In this document: piece after piece, positions 52,640-60,001 of the stretch
How positions within the stretch are numbered: position 1 is the stretch's first letter
Layout of the letters: the number at the start of each line of letters is the position of its first letter
Assembly (NCBI GenBank): GCA_013288705.1
Contig: JABDBI010000008.1
Span: 3,036-67,035 of the forward strand
Direction: 5' to 3'
From: Methanobacteriota archaeon
GTDB lineage: Bacteria > Myxococcota > UBA727 > JABDBI01
Length of the DNA: 64,000 nucleotides
Position numbers and translations under genes: made by a program
Notes under the pieces: model-generated
Database searches by the model: none
The model's input: the letters and a program-made list of their open reading frames with translations, nothing else
What the model was told of the DNA's origin: nothing

Positions 52640-52716
52640 TCATCGCGAAAGATAGCGGTCTTACGCCCGTTGAGCTGGCGTCGGGCGCCTCGGAGCTAAA
52701 AAAAAGCGGTACTTAA
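52640..52716 (+). repeat. degenerate duplicate of the scoB-like 3' end (atcgcgaaagatagcggtcttacgcccgttgagctggcg...), forming a direct repeat with 51049..51093
   Basis: About 85% identity over about 42 nt, in the same reading frame (IAKDSGLTPVELA versus IAEDGGFTPVEMA). Coordinates approximate. Confidence 0.55.
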
Positions 52717-52807
52717 TTTGCATTGCAAATTGCTTGTGCGGTATTCTTGGCAGTGAAGGATAAAAATTTCCTGCATGCAAGGCGTGCCACACGGAGATGG
52801 AGAGGAT

Positions 52808-54742
52808 ATGAGCAAGATAGTAAGAAGCAATCGGTCGTCTATGCTGGGCGCTGTGGCGCTGATTGGCATGGGCTTGGTTTTTAGTGGCAGTAGTTGCCCC
52901 AACAAGAGTAGTACGTCACCTACACCTACGCAGGGCGCAGAGGGTATTACCTTTCCAGGAACGCTGGCGATAGCCACAATTGGTGCTGGTGGTGCCGGGG
53001 TGCAGTTGCCAACGACAGCGACAGATACCCAAAATAACAACGCATTGCTTCCCATTACTTGGTACGTAGCGCCTGCGCCCAACGGTGCGGCAGTCACCAC
53101 TGGCGGATTATTGACAGCGTCATATATCCCTAACGATACGGCCTGTAATACAACAGAAGCTATTTCTGTTACGGGGTCGGCGACATCTGGCGATGGAACA
53201 CGCACGGCGACTGCAACCTATGCTCTGACGGCAGCCAATACCTGGTGCACGATGGCAGCAGTGGCAGGCGATCCCACGGGGGCCAAAGGGCCTCTGGCTA
53301 CCGGTGTGTTTGCGCTAGCCGCTTCAGGTACAGGTCAGGGTATTGGCGGTACTGCGGGTACTCTGAAATTATATGTTGGAACGGTGAGTGGTCTATCGAC
53401 CTACAATGGAGCTACTGGAACATGGTCGGGTATGACGACTGCTCCGGGTCAGCTCGCTGCAAATGCCATTAATATGAATGGCTTGGCAGTAGATAGCACC
53501 GGGACTGTGTGGGTCGCACCAGCCTCGAAGAACCTTCAGAGCTTCAATGGTGCTGCCTGGACGACGTTCGCCGCCAGCATTCCCAATGCCAACGTGACTG
53601 GTGTTGCGATTGATCCATCGAACAATGTGTACATTGGCACAAGCGCAAGTGCGGCCTATCTTCCCAATACTGCCGCGGCCCCGGCGACTACGACAACCGC
53701 ATTTGTGCCATTGCCGACTGTCACTGCGGGCACCACAGTGATCACATTTGATGCAGCCACACCGGTAGATGCATGGTTTGGAGCCTCAGCGGGCGTGCAG
53801 ATTTTTCCAGTAGGCAGTACCGCCACGAGCACGGCCGTGGCAACTGCAACTTTTGCATCCCCGGCTCTTCTTTTGCCCGGCAGGTTTGGCGGCACTGGTA
53901 CGATTGGTGCCCTTTATCGAGATACAAACAACAATATGTGGGTAGGCCAGCAGTTCACATCTCTCAGCGGTTCGCAAGGGCTGGTGTTGAATGTGTACAC
54001 TCCTCCGACGTCTCGCGCTGCAACGGGTGGCACATGGACAAAACTGCCTGTGATTAATTCAACTACCTCAAGTGGCTCAAACACTGTCAATGGCATTGCT
54101 GTTGATGGAAATGGCAATGCATGGATCGCCACAGCAGGCGGTTTGTATCTGTTTCAGCCGACCACGGCGGGTAATTATTCGGCGGGCACATGGACGTCCT
54201 TCCCAGTAAGCTCGAATGGCCAAGAGGGGCCTGTTGGCGTCGCCATCAACGCAATATGGTACGATTCCGGCGCAAGTACTCTATGGATTGGCACAAACGC
54301 AGGTGGTTTGACTCGCTTGTGGCTGCCTGGATATGTGTATCCTGTAACGGCACCAGCGACAACGACCTTTACATGTGTACCCAGCACAACACCAGCAGCA
54401 GCGACTGCGCAAGCGACCTATTGCGGTACATTCACCGTACCGCAAACCGCTGCTGGCGCAACTTATCCGGCAAATCCCGGGTCGGCTGGATGTATCGGTA
54501 CGCTGCCAACGGGCGCAACGGCGGCCGGCAGCGCGTATACCTTGTGCAGTTGGCTTGCAAACACACCAGCAGCTACCACTACTATTAATAGTGTAGCAGT
54601 AGCCAATGGTGCATGCTCGGCCGTTGCCGCTCCAAATTTTGCTGGGTTATGCGCTAGCGCGACCACTTTGGTGAATGCACAGACAACGCCTACTGGCGCT
54701 GCTTGTGGAACGCTGACCGGGAGCATGTGCATACAACAGTAA
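52808..54742 (+). CDS. surface lipoprotein with Reg_prop (two-component regulator propeller) beta-propeller repeats, Thr/Ala/Gly-rich; paralog 1
   Basis: Lipoprotein signal MSKIVRSNRSSMLGAVALIGMGLVFSGSSC. Recurring [VIL]W[VI]G[TS]xxGGLxx[FLY] motifs (VWVAPA, VYIGTS, MWVGQQ, AWIATAGGLYLF, LWIGTNAGGLTRLW). ATG at 52808 with a GGAGAGGA RBS. Confidence 0.6.
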   Translation: MSKIVRSNRSSMLGAVALIGMGLVFSGSSCPNKSSTSPTPTQGAEGITFPGTLAIATIGAGGAGVQLPTTATDTQNNNALLPITWYVAPAPNGAAVTTGGLLTASYIPNDTACNTTEAISVTGSATSGDGTRTATATYALTAANTWCTMAAVAGDPTGAKGPLATGVFALAASGTGQGIGGTAGTLKLYVGTVSGLSTYNGATGTWSGMTTAPGQLAANAINMNGLAVDSTGTVWVAPASKNLQSFNGAAWTTFAASIPNANVTGVAIDPSNNVYIGTSASAAYLPNTAAAPATTTTAFVPLPTVTAGTTVITFDAATPVDAWFGASAGVQIFPVGSTATSTAVATATFASPALLLPGRFGGTGTIGALYRDTNNNMWVGQQFTSLSGSQGLVLNVYTPPTSRAATGGTWTKLPVINSTTSSGSNTVNGIAVDGNGNAWIATAGGLYLFQPTTAGNYSAGTWTSFPVSSNGQEGPVGVAINAIWYDSGASTLWIGTNAGGLTRLWLPGYVYPVTAPATTTFTCVPSTTPAAATAQATYCGTFTVPQTAAGATYPANPGSAGCIGTLPTGATAAGSAYTLCSWLANTPAATTTINSVAVANGACSAVAAPNFAGLCASATTLVNAQTTPTGAACGTLTGSMCIQQ

Positions 54743-54766
54743 GGTATCCATCATAAGGATGCAGAC

Positions 54767-54797
54767 AGCGGGAAGCGTTGGCTTCCCGCTTTTTTTT
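54767..54797 (+). terminator. rho-independent terminator after propeller lipoprotein 1
   Basis: AGCGGGAAGC-gttg-GCTTCCCGCT stem-loop followed by a 7-T tract. Confidence 0.75.
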
Positions 54798-54805
54798 GGC
54801 GTGTG

Positions 54806-54906
54806 GAGAAAGTGTCATCTGAACTAGACAAAAATCAGTGAAAACTGCAAAGTACAGATGACAGCTCGAGAATTTATGAACCTTCAAGAAGCTGCCCGAA
54901 ATCGAT
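54806..54906 (+). repeat. direct repeat R1, copy a (about 100 bp; contains a pseudo 3' end of a DUF234-ATPase gene)
   Basis: About 80% identical to 56784..56882, with an identical 37-bp core gaatttatgaaccttcaagaagctgcccgaaatcgat. The reverse complement of the core encodes ...IDFGQLLEGS*, the C-terminus of ATPase copy 2. Confidence 0.7.
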
Positions 54907-54957
54907 AACCTTGTCGAAATAAATTCACTCAGCTTATCATCCGCAATCAACATTTTG

Positions 54958-55886
54958 CTAGAGGTCAAGCTGTTTGATCCGCTCGCCGATGGTTCGGATA
55001 GTCTCCTCCACTTCTGTAAATGGCGGCAAGTCTTCTGGCTGGAAAACGAACGGTTCCATATCAGGGTTGAAAATTCGGCGAATACGGGCCGTAACATCGC
55101 TTGAATTGCTAAACAACGGTGCTGCCGAAAGTTTGAATTTGGACCATTTCTCACGTGTATTAAGCTCTTCATCGTCTCGCCGAATATTTTGTACCCGCGG
55201 ATAAAAATCCGCGCTGCTTAAAAAATTGGCGACGTCAGTTTGGCGAAGGAGCATCGTCAGGTCATAAAAATGGCGAACCCGAGCCCGTGTTTCCTTGATT
55301 GATGCGCTGCCGTCCATCATACTTGCGTAGAAGAGGGAAAGAATTTTCTCAGCGAACGTTATCCTGTAGTCTAAGACATAAACAAAAATAGGCCCCAGTT
55401 CATATTCTTGAATCACGGATATTGATGTATGGTACGTCGAAATTTCCCCTTTTTGTTTGTGACGCCGTCTTGGACCACTTCCTCGAAAGGCGGTTGCGTT
55501 AACAATTTCGCCATTCTTTTTAGAAGTGCTTCTGTTTGAGACTGAGTGCGAGAGTTTTCTGCTACCGCAAGATCAATGTCTTCGGAAAAACGTCGTACGA
55601 TATTGTAAGCTTTGGAAAGAGAAGTTCCGCCCTTAAATATAATCTCCGCGGATTCCTTGGCTTGACTCAAGCGTTTCAGAATGAGGGTTAGCCAATAGTC
55701 TTTTTCGACGTAAACTTCCCTGATGCCCAAATCCTGGGATGTTGCAGCGATGAGCGTCTGAAAGTCCTGGATGTTCTCGTGCAATTTCAACGTATTCTCC
55801 AAAAGCTTCGATTGGGCAACTGCGCATCTGAAACACCAAATGTGTAAGCAGTCATGGGGTTCAGATCTTTTTTCAACTTCTTCCAT
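54958..55886 (-). pseudogene. AbiEii/AbiGii-family nucleotidyltransferase toxin (type IV TA), disrupted by a frameshift near 55416
   Basis: N-part (55413..55886) has FKGGTSLSKAY...RRFSEDIDL, the AbiEii/DUF1814 NTase motif. The C-part (54958..55416) continues in another frame with a 4-nt overlap. Confidence 0.6.
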
Positions 55887-56500
55887 TGCGGCAACTGCAG
55901 ATTTTGAAGAAGAGCACCTAAGAGTGCGCGAACCGATGGTCTATATGGCTGTGACAAAGTAGTCAGCCTACTTATTTCGCGCGCACTTAATCTCTGCAGA
56001 GAAGTCTTTAGCCTTTGAAGTGTAACGTCGATGCTACCATTAGGTATGCTCTTGAATAGGCGAAGGGTTTCAAGAATATTGGTGAGGGCTGACTCCTCTG
56101 GTTGTGCATCTTTGCTGCCACCGACGATAAATTTGATGCGCAGAGCGCCAACACGACGCGTTCTGTTTGAACGGCTGCCGAGAATCGTGATTTCGCTTGG
56201 AATTTGCGAGCTCACACCGATATCATTTAAAGCAGAAAAGCCAGCAATGTAGCCCCCTGTTTGCTGAAGTAATTTATCGATGATTTGGCCTTCGGACGGC
56301 ATCAATAATCCGAATTGCGTTTTCTGAGCCACATAGTATTGCCCCTTGGATAGCCTTCTTAAGCCACCAGTTTTGCTGAGCCGGCTTAGGTTGAGAGCTA
56401 CCGCCTGAAAATTACCAAGGTCAGCGAAATCTGTGTAATTGAGGATACTGCCCGCAGGAAATTGCGCTATTTTTTCCTTTACTTGTGAAGCAATAGACAT
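55787..56500 (-). CDS. AbiEi-family antitoxin / transcriptional regulator (type IV TA)
   Basis: Position immediately upstream of the NTase toxin and overlapping it; N-terminal wHTH-like region (LSRLSKTGGLRRLSKGQYY). ATG at 56500 with an AGAGGTGG RBS. Family assignment from memory. Confidence 0.5.
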   Translation of the reverse strand: MSIASQVKEKIAQFPAGSILNYTDFADLGNFQAVALNLSRLSKTGGLRRLSKGQYYVAQKTQFGLLMPSEGQIIDKLLQQTGGYIAGFSALNDIGVSSQIPSEITILGSRSNRTRRVGALRIKFIVGGSKDAQPEESALTNILETLRLFKSIPNGSIDVTLQRLKTSLQRLSAREISRLTTLSQPYRPSVRALLGALLQNLQLPQWKKLKKDLNPMTAYTFGVSDAQLPNRSFWRIR

Positions 56501-56527
56501 GACCACCTCTTTTACCAAGGTAGCATA

Positions 56528-56559
56528 ATGATAAGTTTATCGCAATAAAAACTTATCAT
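56528..56559. promoter_or_regulatory. perfect 11-bp inverted repeat ATGATAAGTTT-N10-AAACTTATCAT upstream of the AbiEi start
   Basis: Seen directly, 28-59 nt upstream of the ATG at 56500. AbiEi-family antitoxins are known autoregulators that bind inverted repeats. Confidence 0.5.
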
Positions 56560-56602
56560 CCATAAATCGACATTTTGCTGTTTTGCAGACGATTATGAAT
56601 GC

Positions 56603-56711
56603 CGCCCCGATGGGGCTTCAAAATTAGGGAGGCGTCTTACCTGGGGTTCCCGCGCGCCAAAGCGCACGCGTCCACCCCAGGCTATATTTTGTCACGCCCA
56701 AGGCGTTTAGA
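56603..56711 (+). repeat. direct repeat R2, copy a (109 bp, GC-rich, internally palindromic: CCCCGATGGGG; CCTGGGG...CCCCAGG)
   Basis: 106/109 identical to 58423..58531. Confidence 0.8.
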
Positions 56712-56783
56712 CCTGAAGAAGATCTTCGTCGAGGGGGGTGAAAAAATCTCACCAAATCAAGAAAACATCAATTTGGCGCGCGG

Positions 56784-56882
56784 AAAAGTGTAATCTGGAC
56801 TAGTTAAAAATTAGGGAAAACTGAAAAGTGCAGGTGACGGTTCGGGAATTTATGAACCTTCAAGAAGCTGCCCGAAATCGAT
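56784..56882 (+). repeat. direct repeat R1, copy b (includes the last 11 codons and stop of ATPase copy 2 plus about 65 bp downstream)
   Basis: See R1 copy a. Confidence 0.7.
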
Positions 56883-58305
56883 GATAGAGGCAAAAAAATC
56901 CTGTTGCTCAATCTCGTCATCAATGCCATTGACGTGGATCAGGACTGGCCTTACGGAATAAGCTCGCAATTGCTTTAACCGATCAATTTTTGTCTTTATC
57001 TCCTCAATAACCTCTACACCAACAGGTTTTTTGGAAAATTTTATTTCACACACATACAATGTATTAAATTTTGTCTGTATCATGTAGTCAATCTGACAAC
57101 CCTGGCGGTTCGTGGTCGGTCGCTGAAAGTAGGGGTTCTCAGAAACAATCTCTTCAGCACGTAGCCCCAGTGCCTTATGAATTTCTTTGCGATTATTGAG
57201 CACCAGATTTTCGAACTGCAATCCAAAAATTGTTTGCAACTCAGGCAGGCTACTAATCGATTTTATGGAAAAACTATCCCGCGCAATCTTGGTGTGATAT
57301 TTGGCAATATATTTTAAATAAAAACGTAGATAATTATCGCTTAGACGATATTTACTCAACTTCGAGTCATGCCCACTTTCAATGCGCCAGGTGTAATCTC
57401 GTTTAACAAAGCCGGCCAATGCAAGCTCCTCAAGATACTCACTAAATCTTCCCGTTTGCTTAATCTGTAAAGCGTTACAAATCTCCTGTGGCTCTTTCGA
57501 TCCTGACACCAAGGTTTGTACAATTTCTCGATACAGAGCGCTGTCGCGCAAAAATAAATCTGAAAAAATATTATTAAATTCATTCACCAAAAACCCGCCC
57601 TTTTTAAAGCAAAGATTTCTGATGTTTTCTTCGGCACTCAGCCTGAAGTCTACTTCTTCAAGGTACTTTGGCACACCACCCGTAACGGCAAAAATTTTCA
57701 GCTTTTCGTAGGCAGAGATGTGTTTTGCGCTTGCGCCCCAAAAAAGAGCACAGTCGTTGAGCGAAATCTCTTCAAGCGTTAACGTATATGAAATGCGACC
57801 CAAGAATCCCGTACTGCTCAAGATGTTTTTTTCAATCCATGAAGATGCTGAGCCGCACACAATGAAGATGAGTTGGTCATTTTTTTTAAGATGCTGATCC
57901 CAAAAGTTCTTGATCTTCCCAAGAAACGTTGGATCCTCAGATCCCATCCAAGAAATTTCATCAAACAACAACAACACTTTCCCCGATTTTACTTGCTCAC
58001 TCACAGCCCATAATGCGTCGCCCCAATCGTCATAGCGGGCCTTTGGCGTTTTAAATTGTTGTGCCATCTGGAGGGAAAATTCTTCTAACTGATGCTGAGT
58101 TGTCACATGTTTTTCAGGCGCCAGCCCCATAAAGCTGTAAAATGCATCAAACTGCTTGCCAAACTGCTCAATCAGCCGGCTCTTTCCAATACGCCTTCTG
58201 CCCCGCACCACAATAAATGATGCTGACCTTTTTTTGGTAAAACGTTCAAGTTCTGCAAGTTCTTTTTTTCGCCCAATAAACTGATGGGCCCGTTTTTTTG
58301 ACATA
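56850..58305 (-). CDS. AAA+ ATPase of the Arch_ATPase/ATPase_2 + DUF234 family, copy 2
   Basis: FIGRKKELAELERF...IVVRGRRRIGKSRLI (Walker A), LLFDEISWM (Walker B). Paralogous to 51099..52520. ATG at 58305 (MSKKRAHQF, GGGTGG RBS) preferred; the TTG at 58334 lies inside the upstream palindrome. Confidence 0.7.
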
Positions 58306-58320
58306 GTTACCACCCTATTT

Positions 58321-58412
58321 GGTACTGCAAACAACGATTTTTAATGTTTGCAGTACCAATCTAGCACCTGTCGCTGGTACTGCAAATCACAATTCTTGTT
58401 ATTTTCAGTACC
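58321..58412. promoter_or_regulatory. two tandem palindromic operator-like sites upstream of ATPase copy 2
   Basis: GGTACTGCAAAC-N13-GTTTGCAGTACC (perfect) and GGTACTGCAAAT-N13-ATTTTCAGTACC (one mismatch). Same 12-bp half-site, centres about 55 bp apart, 16-107 nt upstream of the start codon. Confidence 0.6.
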
Positions 58413-58422
58413 GGGTGAGTGT

Positions 58423-58531
58423 CGCCCCGATGGGGCTTCAAAATTGAGGAGGCGTTTTACCTGGGGTTCCCGCGCGCCAAAGCGCACGCGTCCACCCCAG
58501 GCTATATTTTGTCACGCCCAAGGCGTTTAGA
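58423..58531 (+). repeat. direct repeat R2, copy b
   Basis: 106/109 identical to 56603..56711. Confidence 0.8.
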
Positions 58532-58632
58532 ACGGGTCCCAAATTTGCATAGTGCCCATTGATTAGAATTGCCATTACGATGGAGCGGCCACTTGTTTGC
58601 TTTATAGCAGGCCTCTGTATTACGATTGTTCC

Positions 58633-60000
58633 ATGCGTAATTTCCTGCCACTTATCGCCCTATTAGCGGTGCATCTCGTTGCTTGCTCCACGCCCAGCAC
58701 CGTGTTGGACATCAGTGCGCCTGCGGTGATTGGGACAGGCACCAATTCGTCGGTTTCGGTTGATGTTGCGCAAGCGAAGAGTGCTGTTTTTTTGAACTGG
58801 ACCCAAGTGGACACCACTGGGCCACGTGTGACTTGGCTAGCAAATCAACAGGCGGTGAATCCGACGTTTTCTGTGGCTTCGCTTTCAAACTGTAGCGAAG
58901 AAGAACAGGTTACACTGCAAGTGCAGGCAACCGATGCTTTTGGCAACGTGAATGCCTCACAGGTGACGATCGGAGTGAAGGAACTCTGGTGCACCTACAA
59001 GACTCCGGCAGCGAATATGTTGAGCAACATCGTGACTCGGGTTGCTGCCAATAATGGTGTGATCTGGGTCGGTACGGATTCGGGTCTGAATCGCTTTGAT
59101 GGCATTAACTGGCAAGCATTTACCGAGCAAAGCACAGCGTCGATCGCGGGTGGACTCGCGGCCAATCAGGTACGCGCGCTGGCTGTGACATCAAATGACG
59201 ACGTTTGGGTGGCTGTTTATACACCATCTCGCATTTCGACAATTTTTGACACCGTCACGGGGGTGAATGTCTACCACGATAAAACCAAGACCTGGCAACA
59301 TTTCACCAAGGGCGCCAATGAGCTGAATAGCAATACGGTCTATACGCTGGCTCTTGCAGAGCCGGATATGCTTGTGGGGACGGACACAGGCGTAAGTACA
59401 TTTCAATTGGCGACGACAACATGGAGTAGCTATTCAGTTGTTGATAAGGTTAGAGCGATTACGCGTTCGTTAACAAACCAAGATTGGTTAGGCACCGACG
59501 GTGGTGTTTTCGTCTATTCCGATGGCCAAAAAGTGACGCAATATGACAACACTGCCACCGGTGGAGTGCTCGTTAGAAGTTTAATTACCGGCAGCTTTGA
59601 CTTTCGTGCTGCTATTACAGACGGCCAGGGTAGCATCTGGTTTGGCGAAGGCGCAGGTGTCGCGCGTTATCTAGCCCCACAGCTCCAAGGCGGAATTCTT
59701 CCAACCTGGAAGCTCTTCACGGCAGGCGCCGTCGGCGGTGGCCCTGCCAGTAACGATATTCGCGCATTTGCCCTCGACGGCAACGGCAATCTCTGGATCG
59801 CCACAGGTGGCGGATTGAGCACGTTTTTCATTACCGGAGCCAACAAAGGGCAATGGAATTCCTTTTCATCTGACTTGGTCAATACGCCAAATGGTTTGCA
59901 AACCAACGATGTGCGAGATGTCACCTACGACAGCGAAAATAATTACTTATGGATCGGCACAAATGGCGGCGGACTGACGCGGTATTGGCTTGGGGGATAG
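58633..60000 (+). CDS. surface lipoprotein with Reg_prop beta-propeller repeats; paralog 2
   Basis: Lipoprotein signal MRNFLPLIALLAVHLVAC. Motifs VIWVGTDSGLNRFDG, MLVGTDTGVSTF, LWIATGGGLSTFF, LWIGTNGGGLTRYW. Confidence 0.6.
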   Translation: MRNFLPLIALLAVHLVACSTPSTVLDISAPAVIGTGTNSSVSVDVAQAKSAVFLNWTQVDTTGPRVTWLANQQAVNPTFSVASLSNCSEEEQVTLQVQATDAFGNVNASQVTIGVKELWCTYKTPAANMLSNIVTRVAANNGVIWVGTDSGLNRFDGINWQAFTEQSTASIAGGLAANQVRALAVTSNDDVWVAVYTPSRISTIFDTVTGVNVYHDKTKTWQHFTKGANELNSNTVYTLALAEPDMLVGTDTGVSTFQLATTTWSSYSVVDKVRAITRSLTNQDWLGTDGGVFVYSDGQKVTQYDNTATGGVLVRSLITGSFDFRAAITDGQGSIWFGEGAGVARYLAPQLQGGILPTWKLFTAGAVGGGPASNDIRAFALDGNGNLWIATGGGLSTFFITGANKGQWNSFSSDLVNTPNGLQTNDVRDVTYDSENNYLWIGTNGGGLTRYWLGG

Positions 60001-60001
60001 C

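Noticed and set aside
56599-58530. Short ORFs (64 and 60 aa) lying within R2 copies, as possible small proteins
   Set aside because: The two R2 copies are 97% identical at DNA level but the ORFs are in different frames with different products, so the repeat is not conserved as coding sequence.
54806-58531. R1/R2 direct repeats as a possible CRISPR array
   Set aside because: Only two copies of each, about 100 bp long, separated by whole genes rather than 25-50 bp spacers, and no cas genes; not CRISPR.
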